This document shows, piece after piece, positions 18,386 to 28,178 of a stretch of 64,000 bases of DNA. Position 1 is the first letter of the stretch. Every line of letters starts with the position of its first letter. The stretch covers positions 37,461-101,460 of the forward strand of contig CAYMYN010000005.1 of assembly GCA_964394665.1 (NCBI GenBank). The letters are read 5' to 3'. The translations under genes were made by a program, and so were the position numbers. Below the pieces are notes generated by a model that was given only the letters and a program-made list of their open reading frames with translations, did no database searches and was not told the DNA's origin. This stretch comes from an uncultured Planctomycetaceae bacterium (GTDB lineage Bacteria; Planctomycetota; UBA1135; GCA-002686595).

Positions 18386-20502
18386 GGCGCGGGCACGGTT
18401 GGGTCCTGTTCCTGGGCCTGCTCCTCGCGGCGACGATCGGGTGGGGCGTGTCGCGCTCGGAGCGCGGAGACGGTCCGCCTCCGCTCGCCGGCCGACCGGG
18501 TCCGCCCGGCGAGGAACCGTCCGCGCTGGAAGCCGCGGTCGCGGGTCAGCGCATCACGCGCCCCAGCGCACCCGCCTTGCTCGGTCCGTTGCCGATTCGG
18601 AGTGAGGGATTCGTCGACCTCCTCGTGCTGGGATTGCCCGAGGCGCTGCGCGAGCTGGAAGCCCAGGTCCAGCGCCCGCACCCCGAACGGCCCCAGCGGC
18701 ATCTACCTGGGCCGCGCGTGACCTTGGACGTTCGCGAAGGGCGGGCTGCGGGGCGCGTCGTCGTACCCGCCGGCGAACGGATCCACTTCGTGCTCTCCGG
18801 GCGCGGCGTGCGCGCCGTGACGGAGCGCGAGCCGCTCGAGGTGCCGGAGGGCGCCGTGCGCGCGTTCACGGTCGATCTGTCGGCCCTCTGCACGGTGCGG
18901 GGTCGGGTGGTCGACGTGCCCGGAGCGGGGGGGCGCACGGTCACCTTGCGTTACGCGCGGCGCGTGGGCGACGTGGGAGTCCTGCCGCCCCATCCCATCC
19001 CGATGCATCTCGAGACGCGCCTCGACGCGGGGGGCGAGTTCGTCTTCGGCGGCGTTCCGCGCGGCACCTTCGTGCTGGAGCTGCGCACGGCGCGCGGCGA
19101 GGTGCCCCTGGTCGAATGGCCGGCAGGAGACCCATCCCAGCGGGCCGCCTGGATCGCCTGCGAAGCGGCCTGGATCGAAGTCCGGCCGAACGATCCCTTG
19201 GTGGGTCTCGCGCCGGTCGACGGGCGCGGAGATCCGCTCGTGGGCGAGCCCTTCGCCGTGATCGCGAACGCGGGCACGGCTTCCGACGCGTTCGTCCATC
19301 CGAACGGCATCGCGTTGGTGCGCCTGGCGGAAGTGGCCGATCCCATTCGCCTTGGCCTCTTCCTACCGCGGCGCGGCGTCTACCTGCGGGATCCGTCCGC
19401 GCCCGCGCCCGTCGCGGGGGAGCGCCTCGAGATCGTGGTGGGCGAGGGGAACGCGCCCGCGGGCAGCATCCGCGTGGTCAGTGCTGGGCCACTCGACGGA
19501 GGCTTGATCGTGGACTTCGAGCGCCACGGGCCCGGCGGACCGGAACGCCTGCTCGGCCTGCAGGTGCTGCACCTGCGCCGCGGCGAAGGAGCGCTGCGGA
19601 TGGAGCGCCTACCCGACGGAGCGCGGCTGCACGGGCTGCCGGCGGGCACCTATGACCTCGCCTGGTCGTGGGGCGGAAGACGTCCCTTCGCCCAGGGCGT
19701 GGTGGTGGAGGTCGGCGGCGAAACGCTCGTCGAGGTCGACGCGCCGCGCCTGCGGGAGATCGAGATCCAAGTGGCGGAGTGGGACGGGATCCCCGAGCCC
19801 CTGCGGCCGATCGAAGTCTGGAACGAGGGCGTTTCGGCGCCGATCCGCGCGGGGCGCGCGCTCCTGCGGGTGGCCGAGCCCGTCGCCCGCGAAGTGTGGA
19901 TCCGGGGCCGACACGACTTCTGGTGGCCCCAACCGCAACGCTTGCTCCCCGAGGGCGAGGTGTATCGCCTGGAGTTGTCCTACGGACACTTCGTGCAGGT
20001 GCCGCTCGACGTCGAGCCGCTGCTCGGCGGCCGCATCGTGGCCGAGATCGACCAGGACCCGCGCCGCGCAGAGCTCGTCGAGGGCCGCGGCGCCCCGCGC
20101 TGGGTGCAGCCGCAGGCCGACGGGCGCCCGTTGCTCGTCTTCGAGCCCGACGATCCGCCCGCGGGCCGCGTGTTGGAGTTCGGCCAGGGCTTCAAGCTCC
20201 TGCGCGGTTGGTTCGACCTCGCCGCCGCAGCGCCGGTCTCCGTGGGGACCTTCTCCGGCCATTGGTGCGACGTCTCGTTCGAGGCCGGGGGGAGCTTCGT
20301 CGAGGTGTACCTCGAGGGACCCACCCGCAGCGACCAGGCCGCGGCGCGCACGAAGGTCGCGACCCTCGACTCCAGCCTCCCGGCGCGCATCTGGGTGCCC
20401 GACGGAGCGCGAACGCTCCTGGCGCGCGACCCGCTTGGGAACGAGGCCCGCGTCGAGCTCACCGGTGCTCCGGCGTTGCTCGAGATCGACCTCTGGCGCT
20501 GA
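18382..20502 (+). CDS. Membrane-anchored protein with carboxypeptidase-regulatory-like beta-sandwich repeats (anti-sigma-like paralog)
   Basis: GTG 18382 (4-nt overlap with the upstream stop) gives VRRGHGWVLFLGLLLAATIGWGV (TM). Repeats of type TVTLRYAR...GGEFVFGGVPRGTFVLEL. Similar style to the C-terminal parts of the ECF fusion proteins. Confidence 0.6.
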   Translation: MRRGHGWVLFLGLLLAATIGWGVSRSERGDGPPPLAGRPGPPGEEPSALEAAVAGQRITRPSAPALLGPLPIRSEGFVDLLVLGLPEALRELEAQVQRPHPERPQRHLPGPRVTLDVREGRAAGRVVVPAGERIHFVLSGRGVRAVTEREPLEVPEGAVRAFTVDLSALCTVRGRVVDVPGAGGRTVTLRYARRVGDVGVLPPHPIPMHLETRLDAGGEFVFGGVPRGTFVLELRTARGEVPLVEWPAGDPSQRAAWIACEAAWIEVRPNDPLVGLAPVDGRGDPLVGEPFAVIANAGTASDAFVHPNGIALVRLAEVADPIRLGLFLPRRGVYLRDPSAPAPVAGERLEIVVGEGNAPAGSIRVVSAGPLDGGLIVDFERHGPGGPERLLGLQVLHLRRGEGALRMERLPDGARLHGLPAGTYDLAWSWGGRRPFAQGVVVEVGGETLVEVDAPRLREIEIQVAEWDGIPEPLRPIEVWNEGVSAPIRAGRALLRVAEPVAREVWIRGRHDFWWPQPQRLLPEGEVYRLELSYGHFVQVPLDVEPLLGGRIVAEIDQDPRRAELVEGRGAPRWVQPQADGRPLLVFEPDDPPAGRVLEFGQGFKLLRGWFDLAAAAPVSVGTFSGHWCDVSFEAGGSFVEVYLEGPTRSDQAAARTKVATLDSSLPARIWVPDGARTLLARDPLGNEARVELTGAPALLEIDLWR

Positions 20503-20630
20503 CCACCCTGGGTGCCTGCGACGGCCCCCAGGGCCACGGGTTCGACGTGCCCCGGCGCCCAGAGCCCGGCGGACGCCCACGCGCGCCGGATCGGGAACGA
20601 TCGGGCGTGCGCGGTGTTGAATGGGGTGCC

Positions 20631-23600
20631 GTGCAGACACCCGGGGCATCGATCGAGGAGTTGCTGGGCCACGCCGACTTCGTGCGGCGGTTGGCGCGCG
20701 AGCTCGTCGGGGAGGAGACGGGGGCCGAGGATCTCGCGCAGGAGGTCTGGTTGGCGGCCCTGCGGCGGCCGCCGGGGGGAGGGGAACGGTTGCGTGGGTG
20801 GCTGGCGGTCACGGCGCGCAACCTGCTCGCCAACCGCCGGCGCGAGCAGGGTCGACGGGGCGCGCGGGAACGGGACGCGGCGCGCGAGGAGTCGGTGCCT
20901 TCGGCCGAGTCCGTGCTCGAGCGCGAGGAACTCCGCGCCCAGGTCGTGCGAGCCGTGCTCGCCCTCGATGCGCCCCTGCGCGAGGTCTTGCTGCTGCGCT
21001 ACTACGAAGGGCTCGCGCCGCGCGAGGTGGCGCGGCGGCTCGGGGTGCCGGCGGCGACGGTGCGCACGCGCCTGCACCGTGGGTTGCAGCGCTTGCGCGC
21101 CGGGTTGGACGAGCGGAACGGTGGGCGGAGCTGGGCGGTGTTGCTCGCGCCGTGGACGCGGGTGCCGTCTGGGGCGGCTTGGATCCTGGGAGGGATCGCC
21201 ATGAAGAAGATGCTCGCGGCCATCGCGCTGCTCGGGATCGGACTCGTCGCCTGGCGCCTGTCGGGCGGGGAGGCGGAGGTCGAGCCGCGGCCTCCCTCGT
21301 CCGTCGTGGGGCCGAGCGCGGAACGCGCACCGCGGACGGACGGGGAGCCGGCCCCCCAGGAGATCACGGGAGAGCGCGCCGGGGAGATCACTGAGGCCCG
21401 CACGTCGCTCGCCCAAGAGGGCCCGGGAGCGACGGTCGGTCGACGCGTGTTCCCCGCCGACCGTGGGCGCGGCGCGGTGTGGGGCGAGGTCGTGGACGCG
21501 CAGGACCGGCCGCTCGCCGGGGTGCGCGTACGCGGCGCTCCGCACCTTGGGAACCTGCCGCCGGGGCTCGTGATCGACGACGATCGGCGCGCGGTGGTCG
21601 AAGCGCGCAGCGGGATCGACGGCCGGTTCCGCCTGGAGGACCTCGAGGAGGGGCCGGTCCTCGTCGAGGCGCGCTTCGAGGACGGTGGGCGCGCCGCGCG
21701 CGTGGTCGTGCTGGCGCGCGACGGCGAGCAGGGTCCGGTTCGGCTCTCGCCGCCCCACCCCGAGGCCGCGCGCGGGCGCATGACCGTGCGCGTCGTGGAC
21801 GGCGCGGGCGAGGCCGTGGCAGGAGCCCGGGTCGAGGTGTTCGGCTGGTCGCGCCAAAACGTCGAGCCGGACGTGATCGGGACCGCGGACAGGGTGCCGC
21901 TGGCGCGCGGCGACACGGACGGGGAGGGCCGCTTCGGGGCCGAGCTCCCGGGGCTCGAGTCGGGCGTCGCCTTCGCCTCCGGGCCGGACGGGTCTTGCGG
22001 CAGGAGCCGCTTCACCGGCCTCCACGGCGAAGCCTCGGCCCTGGTCGTCGTGCTGGAACCGCCGGCGAGTTTGGTGGGCGAGCTCGTCGGAGCGCGCGCC
22101 GAGGACCTCGTCGGCGCGACGCTCGCGCTGCACGCGCTGGTGGACCTCAACGCCTACTTCTCCTATGCGGGACGGCGCTTCGAGATCGAGCTCAGCGGGC
22201 CGCGGTTCGAGTTCCACGGGCTCCCCGCGGGCACGTTCGGCATCACCCTACGCGCACCGGAGAGTCTGCGCCTGGTCGTCGGTCGCACGCGGGCCGGCGA
22301 GTTCGAGTTCGAGAACTCGGTGGCGATGCCCGAGGTCGTGCTCGTGCCCGGCGAGACGGCCGCGATCGAGCTGCCGGTGGCGCTCGGCGCGCGCCTGGTC
22401 GGCCGCGTGCGGGCCGCGGGCCGGCCGGTGCCCGGCGCGCGGGTCCGCGCTGTGATCGCGCCCCGCACGAGCTTCCACCCGGCCGGGTTCGTGCTCCACG
22501 GCGTCCACGTCTGGCGCCTGGACAGCGCCTACGAGAACGGCCCGCACAACCCGCTCTCGCACGTCACGGGCACGAGCGATGCGCAGGGACGCTACGAACT
22601 CGCCGGACTGCAACCGGGGAGGTATCGCCTCGAAGTCGTGGCGGACGGCCTCTCGCTGGATCGGCGCATGGACCTCGAGCTGAGCGCCGGTGCTTCGCTC
22701 CAGCTCGAACACGACCTGGTCGAGGCCGGCGTGTTGCAGGTCGCGGCCCTCGGTCTCGGGTACCTGGGTCTGATCCCGCAGGGGAGCTCGGCGCCGGAGA
22801 TCCTCGCCATCGTCCGCGACGACTTCGCGACGATCCCGGGATTGCGGCCCGGCCTGTGGAGCGTGGCGCGCTTCCACTCGAACGAGAGTGTCGCTCCGGT
22901 GATCCTGGGCGAGGCGTGGATCGAGGCCGGGCGCACGACCTGGCTCGACCTGCGCGAGAGCAGCGTGCGCGCCCACATCCGCGGCATCGTGCTGGACGGG
23001 GACATGCCCGTCCCGAACGCGGGCGTCCGGATCGGGGCCACCACGGCGCGCACGGACGACGCGGGGTCGTTCCATCTCCAGCTCGGGCACCCACCGCGTT
23101 TCGGGACGGGTTTTGGCGCCAGCATCGAGATTCGCCAGGGCGGCACCGAGTACACCTTCGTGCCCGACGCGCAGGGGCCGGTCGAGCGATTGGACCTGAT
23201 GCTGGATCTGGGGCCCTACCGGGTGCCGATCGAACTCGTCGACGCGACCGGGAGTCGATTGGAAGGTCGAATCGAGTTCCAGCTCGAGGCGGCCGAGCCG
23301 CGCGGGAGCGAGCCCCGTTCGCTGCGCGGCAGCCTGCTCGCGGGTGCCTCGGAGCCCACGTTCGTCGGTCCGCTCCCGGCGGGGACGCTCGTCGGGCGCG
23401 CGGTGCTGGCGGACGGCCTCGTCCTGCCCTTCGAGGCGAGCGTGCCCCGCGATCGACTGGTGCACCTGCAACGCCCGGCGACGGGCACCCTGGAGGTCCA
23501 GGTCCAGCGCGCGGGTGTCCCCGTGGGCGGTGCGCGGGTCTCGGCCTGGGTCTGGCGCGGAGAGGGTGAACCGCCCGACGATGCGTCGGAGTTCGTTGCG

Positions 23601-23771
23601 ACCAGCGATTCCGCCCACGGTCGCACGGACTCCGACGGTCGCCTGCACCTCGTGCTGCGCTCCGGCGCGATCCTGGTCTCGGCCCACCACGGTTTCCTCG
23701 CACCGGCCACGAGCTCCCGCGTGTCGCTCGGCGTCGATGGGCTGGAGCAGATCGTGCTCGAGCTCGAGTGA
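20631..23771 (+). CDS. ECF sigma factor fused to a TM segment and ~800-aa extracytoplasmic carboxypeptidase-regulatory-like repeat region (single-chain sigma/anti-sigma-like protein)
   Basis: Sigma-70 region 2 (DLAQEVWLAALRRP) and region 4 (LLLRYYEGLAPREVARRLGVPAATVRTRLHRGLQRL). Then, with no stop, MKKMLAAIALLGIGLVAWRL (TM) and repeats such as GVRVRGAPH / GRYELAGLQPGRYRLEV. Probable GTG start at 20631 (alt. 20607). The N-terminus aligns with the paralog at 33491-36544. Confidence 0.7.
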   Translation: MQTPGASIEELLGHADFVRRLARELVGEETGAEDLAQEVWLAALRRPPGGGERLRGWLAVTARNLLANRRREQGRRGARERDAAREESVPSAESVLEREELRAQVVRAVLALDAPLREVLLLRYYEGLAPREVARRLGVPAATVRTRLHRGLQRLRAGLDERNGGRSWAVLLAPWTRVPSGAAWILGGIAMKKMLAAIALLGIGLVAWRLSGGEAEVEPRPPSSVVGPSAERAPRTDGEPAPQEITGERAGEITEARTSLAQEGPGATVGRRVFPADRGRGAVWGEVVDAQDRPLAGVRVRGAPHLGNLPPGLVIDDDRRAVVEARSGIDGRFRLEDLEEGPVLVEARFEDGGRAARVVVLARDGEQGPVRLSPPHPEAARGRMTVRVVDGAGEAVAGARVEVFGWSRQNVEPDVIGTADRVPLARGDTDGEGRFGAELPGLESGVAFASGPDGSCGRSRFTGLHGEASALVVVLEPPASLVGELVGARAEDLVGATLALHALVDLNAYFSYAGRRFEIELSGPRFEFHGLPAGTFGITLRAPESLRLVVGRTRAGEFEFENSVAMPEVVLVPGETAAIELPVALGARLVGRVRAAGRPVPGARVRAVIAPRTSFHPAGFVLHGVHVWRLDSAYENGPHNPLSHVTGTSDAQGRYELAGLQPGRYRLEVVADGLSLDRRMDLELSAGASLQLEHDLVEAGVLQVAALGLGYLGLIPQGSSAPEILAIVRDDFATIPGLRPGLWSVARFHSNESVAPVILGEAWIEAGRTTWLDLRESSVRAHIRGIVLDGDMPVPNAGVRIGATTARTDDAGSFHLQLGHPPRFGTGFGASIEIRQGGTEYTFVPDAQGPVERLDLMLDLGPYRVPIELVDATGSRLEGRIEFQLEAAEPRGSEPRSLRGSLLAGASEPTFVGPLPAGTLVGRAVLADGLVLPFEASVPRDRLVHLQRPATGTLEVQVQRAGVPVGGARVSAWVWRGEGEPPDDASEFVATSDSAHGRTDSDGRLHLVLRSGAILVSAHHGFLAPATSSRVSLGVDGLEQIVLELE

Positions 23772-23786
23772 GGGTTGTTGCCCGTG

Positions 23787-25106
23787 TCAGGGCGTGCCCT
23801 TGGGCTTGCGCAGGGTCAATCGGGCGGGGCCGGTGCCGCGCCAGTCGGCCTTGGCGAGGGCTTGCTCGAGCGCGCGGGCGAAGCTCGATTCGACCGGGCC
23901 CGAGTGGACGCTGCGTTCGTTCCAGACGACTTCGATCGGCGCGTCGAGGTCGAGCAATTCGGCGGCGAGGGAGAGCTCCAGCGCCAGGATCCCGCGCGAC
24001 TCGATGGTGATCGTCTGGCCCTCCACGCGCCCGTCGAGGTGGGCGACGGGCGGTGTCTGGGCGCGACCGTCGCCCTCGCGCTCGAGCTGGGTGACGCGCA
24101 GCCAGTAGGCATGGGGGTTCTGCGTCGTGAGCAGGGCGCGCCGGACGCGTTTGGGCCAAGGGTCGCGCGCGGTCTGGGCCAGGGCGCCGAGGGCCTCGCC
24201 CAGGCGGCCGAAGACCGGGCCGCCGTGCTCGGCGCCGGGCAGCTCGACGTAGGTCACGGCGAAGCCCGCCTTGCGCAGCAGCTCGCTCGTGCGGCGCGGC
24301 ATCTCGACCTTGCAGATGGGATCTTTCTCGCCGTGCACGACGTACACCGGCAGGTTCGCGTAACACTCGAGGTACGGATCGACGTGCCAGGTCACGGCGG
24401 CGATCGGTGCGATCCCGGCGAAGCGGTCCGCGCGCGCGCGACCGAGGTACCAGGACCAGAAGCCGGTCTGCGAGATGCCCGCGGCGTAGATCCGGTCCAG
24501 GTCGATCGCGAAGCGCGAGGCGAGATCCCGGACGAGGTCGTCGAAGACCGCGGCCACGGCTTCCTCGGGTTGGGCTCCGCGCCGGCCGTCGGCGCCGATC
24601 TCCTCGATGATCTCGCTGCGCACGACGAGCGCGGACTCGAGGCCCGCCCGATCCGCCGCGCCGCGGAAGTAGGGCACGAAGTCGGCCTTCTCGCGCAGCG
24701 ACTTGCCCGCGCCCGAGCCGTGGCCGGGATCGAGCACGAGCGGTGCCGGACTCCCGGCGTCGTAGCCCTTGGGCAACGAGACGAGGTAGCCATACGTCTC
24801 GCCGCCGCTCTCGAAGGTGAAGCCGGCGATCACGTCGCCGATGCGCTCGAGCTTCTCCTTTTTGCGCCCGGTGCCGCGCGGCTTGGGCTCGCCCGCGGGC
24901 AGGCGCGGGCCCGCGCGCAGGGCCTCGAGCAGGCTCTCCTCCGAGTAGCGCGCTTCGAGGCGCTGAGCTTCGGCGACGAGCTTCTTGGCCTTCGCCCCGT
25001 CGACCAGCGCCTCGGCGAAGGAGGCGCGCAGGCGGTTCGCCTCCGCGCTGGGCAAGGCCGGTTTGGGAGCGGCCTGCAGGGCCAACAACAGGATCGTGAT
25101 CCACAT
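23787..25106 (-). CDS. Secreted alpha/beta-hydrolase (esterase / depolymerase-like serine hydrolase)
   Basis: N-terminal signal peptide ([14 protein letters not shown]). GISQTG (GxSxG nucleophile elbow), downstream Asp/His region ([11 protein letters not shown]...AEHGG). Confidence 0.7.
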   Translation of the reverse strand: MWITILLLALQAAPKPALPSAEANRLRASFAEALVDGAKAKKLVAEAQRLEARYSEESLLEALRAGPRLPAGEPKPRGTGRKKEKLERIGDVIAGFTFESGGETYGYLVSLPKGYDAGSPAPLVLDPGHGSGAGKSLREKADFVPYFRGAADRAGLESALVVRSEIIEEIGADGRRGAQPEEAVAAVFDDLVRDLASRFAIDLDRIYAAGISQTGFWSWYLGRARADRFAGIAPIAAVTWHVDPYLECYANLPVYVVHGEKDPICKVEMPRRTSELLRKAGFAVTYVELPGAEHGGPVFGRLGEALGALAQTARDPWPKRVRRALLTTQNPHAYWLRVTQLEREGDGRAQTPPVAHLDGRVEGQTITIESRGILALELSLAAELLDLDAPIEVVWNERSVHSGPVESSFARALEQALAKADWRGTGPARLTLRKPKGTP

Positions 25107-25344
25107 CGGGCGGTTCCCCCGCGCGCTGGGCGCGCGCCGATCGGTGTCCGGCCATTCCTACCACGCGCCCCCGACGGCGCGAGGCTCGGGCCCGCAGGGA
25201 GCCCCGCGGCCCGCGGATCCAGCCGCCGGGGACGCACGCTTCCGGGCCGCGGGCCCGGGGGCCTACGATGGGGGGTCCGACGGCCGGCGGCGAGCCCGGC
25301 CCTGGCCCGAGCCCGACCGCGCCCCAGAGCTCCCGAACCCAGCG

Positions 25345-26610
25345 ATGCCGATCAGCCCCATCCCCGAGATCCTCGAAGACCTGAAACGAGGGAAGATGGT
25401 CATCCTGGTCGACGACCCCTCGCGCGAGAACGAGGGCGACCTCGCCATGCTGGCCGAGAGGGTCACCCCGGCGGCCATCAACTTCATGGCGCGCGAGGCC
25501 CGCGGGCTGATCTGCATGCCCATGTCCGAGGAGCTCTGCGAGCGACTCGAGCTCGAGCCCCAGGTGCCGAAGAACACCAGCAAGCTCGGCACGGGCTTCA
25601 CCGTCTCGATCGAGGCCGCCGAGGGCGTCACGACCGGCATCAGCGCCGCCGATCGGGCGCACACGATCCTGACCGCGGTGCGACCCGGCGCCCAGGGCTC
25701 CGATCTGGCTCGACCGGGGCACGTCTTCCCCCTGCGGGCGCGGGAGGGCGGCGTGCTCGTGCGCGGCGGTCAGACCGAGGGCATGGTCGACCTGGCGCGC
25801 CTGTGCGGGGCGCGACCGGCGGGCGTGATCTGCGAGATCATGAACGAGGACGGGACCATGGCGCGCATGGGCGACCTCGAGCGCTTCGCCGAGCGCCATG
25901 GGCTCAGGATCTGCACGATCGAGGACCTGATCGCCTACCGCCGCCAGCACGAGCGCCTGGTCGAGCCGGTCGAGATGGACATCCCGATTCCGACCCCCTT
26001 CGGTGTGTTCCAGGCGCACCTGTTCCGCTCCAAGGTCGACGGCAAGGAACACCTCGCGCTCACCCGCGGCATGCCCGGTCCGGGTCTGGACGGGCCGCGC
26101 GAGGGGGTCGAGGAGCCGGTCGTGGTGCGGGTGCACTCCGAGTGCTTGACCGGGGACGTATTCCGCTCCCTGCGCTGCGACTGCGGTCCGCAGCTCGATC
26201 GGGCCCTGGAGGCCCTGGGGCAGGAGCCGCGGGCGGTCCTGGTGTACATGCGCCAGGAGGGGCGTGGGATCGGCCTGGCCAACAAGCTCAAGGCCTACCG
26301 CCTGCAGGACGAAGGGCTGGACACCGTGGAAGCCAACACCGCCCTGGGGTTCGCGGCCGACCTGCGCGAGTACGGGCTGGGGGCCCAGATCCTCCACTAC
26401 CTGGGGGTGCGCCGGATGCGGCTCCTGACCAACAACCCCAAGAAGATCGCCGGGCTGAACGGCTACGGGCTGGAAGTGCTCGACCAGGTGCCCCTGCACA
26501 CCACGCCTAACCCCAGGAACCTGGGGTACTTACGGACGAAGCGCGAGAAGCTCGGGCACCTCCTGGGCGGGCTCGAGGGGGCGCCCCCGGCGGCCGAGGG
26601 GCGGGAATAG
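25345..26610 (+). CDS. ribBA: Bifunctional 3,4-dihydroxy-2-butanone-4-phosphate synthase / GTP cyclohydrolase II
   Basis: RibB N-half ([12 protein letters not shown]...[10 protein letters not shown]) and RibA C-half ([18 protein letters not shown], zinc-binding cysteines). 421 aa. Confidence 0.9.
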   Translation: MPISPIPEILEDLKRGKMVILVDDPSRENEGDLAMLAERVTPAAINFMAREARGLICMPMSEELCERLELEPQVPKNTSKLGTGFTVSIEAAEGVTTGISAADRAHTILTAVRPGAQGSDLARPGHVFPLRAREGGVLVRGGQTEGMVDLARLCGARPAGVICEIMNEDGTMARMGDLERFAERHGLRICTIEDLIAYRRQHERLVEPVEMDIPIPTPFGVFQAHLFRSKVDGKEHLALTRGMPGPGLDGPREGVEEPVVVRVHSECLTGDVFRSLRCDCGPQLDRALEALGQEPRAVLVYMRQEGRGIGLANKLKAYRLQDEGLDTVEANTALGFAADLREYGLGAQILHYLGVRRMRLLTNNPKKIAGLNGYGLEVLDQVPLHTTPNPRNLGYLRTKREKLGHLLGGLEGAPPAAEGRE

Positions 26611-26639
26611 GGCCCCGGGAGCGGCGTCGGACCGCCGCC

Positions 26640-27233
26640 ATGGGACTTCGGGCGATGGAACCGGCACGCGACGACACCGACCTGGTCGAGGCCACCCTGG
26701 CCGGCGACCAGGACGCCTTTCGGCGCCTGGTCGAGCGCTATCAGGACCGCCTCTTCGCCCTGGCCCGGAACTACACCCGCAGCGCGGTCGAGATCGAGGA
26801 CATCGTCCAGGACGCCTTCCTGAAGGCCTTCCGGCGCCTGGACACCTTCAACCACGAGTCCTCCTTCTACACCTGGCTGTATCGGATCACGCTGAACACG
26901 GCCCTCGACTTCCTCAAGCGCCGCAGCCGGTCGCCGGTCCACGCGGTCGAAGACCCCGAGCTGGGCGCTCCGCCCTCCCCCCAGGAGGGCTTCGCGCCCC
27001 AGGCGCGCCTCGAACGCGAGGAGATCGCCACGATCACGCGCGCGGCCCTCGACGAGCTGCCGGAGATCTTCCGCACGGTGCTCGTGATGCGCGAGTTCGA
27101 AGGCCGCGCCTACCAGGAGATCGCCGACGTGCTCGGCATCTCGATCGGCACGGTCGAGTCGCGCCTCTTCCGCGCCCGCGCCCGCTTCAAGGACCGCATC
27201 CTGGCCCGCTTCCCCGAGTACGGACAGGCGTAG
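26640..27233 (+). CDS. ECF sigma factor (RpoE / sigma-24-like)
   Basis: Region 2 (LVERYQDRLFALARNYTRSAVEIEDIVQDAFLKAFRRL) and region 4 (LVMREFEGRAYQEIADVLGISIGTVESRLFRAR). Confidence 0.85.
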   Translation: MGLRAMEPARDDTDLVEATLAGDQDAFRRLVERYQDRLFALARNYTRSAVEIEDIVQDAFLKAFRRLDTFNHESSFYTWLYRITLNTALDFLKRRSRSPVHAVEDPELGAPPSPQEGFAPQARLEREEIATITRAALDELPEIFRTVLVMREFEGRAYQEIADVLGISIGTVESRLFRARARFKDRILARFPEYGQA

Positions 27234-27248
27234 TCCGCCGAGTCGATC

Positions 27249-27773
27249 ATGAACACCACCTGCAAACCCTTCGCGCCCCTGATCCCGGCCTACCTCGATG
27301 GCGAGCTGAGCGACGCCCAGGCCGGGCCCCTGCGGCGCCACCTGCTCGAGTGCCCGGCCTGTCGGCGCGAGGTCGCGGGTGAGAAGGCGCTCAAGCGCTG
27401 GTTCGTGGCCGAGCCGGTCCCGGCGGTGCCGGTCGGATTCGCCGACCGCGTCGCGCGCCGGGCCTTCGCGGGCGACCCGGGCCTCGAAGCCAGCGCGCCG
27501 AGGAGCGCCGACGAGGGACGGATCCTGCCCTTCGTGCTCACGCTGACCGCCGCGGCGGCGGCCTTGCTGCTCATCGTCGCCGGCTCGATCCACGGCCTGA
27601 TCGTGCCCGCGGGCGGGACCCTGGGCGCCGAGGACGACGTGCCGATGAAGCTGGAGCAGGTCCTGGGCGAGCTCGAGCGCCTGGAGCGCGCCGAAGCCTC
27701 CGGCGCGGGCGTGAAGGACGCGGCCGAGGAACGCTCCGAGCCGACCCGACCCCGCGGGACCCCCGGCCGGTGA
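27249..27773 (+). CDS. Zinc-finger (ZAS-type) transmembrane anti-sigma factor
   Basis: HLLECPAC (H-x3-C-x2-C) motif, central TM (ILPFVLTLTAAAAALLLIVAG). Immediately downstream of the ECF sigma gene. Confidence 0.7.
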   Translation: MNTTCKPFAPLIPAYLDGELSDAQAGPLRRHLLECPACRREVAGEKALKRWFVAEPVPAVPVGFADRVARRAFAGDPGLEASAPRSADEGRILPFVLTLTAAAAALLLIVAGSIHGLIVPAGGTLGAEDDVPMKLEQVLGELERLERAEASGAGVKDAAEERSEPTRPRGTPGR

Positions 27774-28156
27774 CGAACCTACGGTTCTGGATCGTGCTGC
27801 TCGGCCTGGTCGCCTTCCTGGGTGGCCTGGCCGGCGGCCTGTTGGTGGGGGAGTTGCGCCACCGCCAGACCGCGACCCGGGGCGCCTTCGACGACTATCG
27901 CGAGCTGTTCGTCGACCGACTGGAGCTCGACCCGGCTCGCGAGCGACTGCTGCGCGAGCTGCTCCGCAACTACGAGAACGACGTCAAGCGGGTTCGCGAC
28001 CGGCACTCGGCCGAGTTGCTCGCCGCCATGGAGCCGGAGCTGCGCGAGCTGGGCGAGCGCTACCGGGGCTTGATCCGCAACCGTCTGCTCGACCCCCAAC
28101 GGCGCGATGCCTACGATCGCCTCGTCGCCCTGAACCAACGCACCCTAGCGGAGTGA
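27770..28156 (+). CDS. Membrane-anchored periplasmic Spy/CpxP/heavy-metal-sensor-like helical protein
   Basis: GTG start overlapping the anti-sigma stop (GTGA). N-terminal TM, then repeated LDPxRxxLLxEL / LLDPQRRDAYDRL helical motifs. Confidence 0.45.
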   Translation: MTNLRFWIVLLGLVAFLGGLAGGLLVGELRHRQTATRGAFDDYRELFVDRLELDPARERLLRELLRNYENDVKRVRDRHSAELLAAMEPELRELGERYRGLIRNRLLDPQRRDAYDRLVALNQRTLAE

Positions 28157-28178
28157 TCGGAACCTCTCCGGAAATCTG

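Noticed and set aside
22564-26499. 1311-aa minus ORF spanning the sigma-fusion 3' end, the hydrolase and ribBA
   Set aside because: It crosses three well-supported genes on both strands, with extreme Arg/Pro/Gly content. An artefact of GC-rich sequence lacking stop codons.
26516-26540. ECF-type promoter (GGAAC at 26516-26520 with a possible -10 about 16-17 nt downstream) upstream of the RpoE-like sigma gene
   Set aside because: GGAAC pentamers are frequent by chance in this GC-rich sequence (several occur near 36545-36700 too). No convincing -10 element could be identified without a genome-specific motif model, so it was not listed as a feature.
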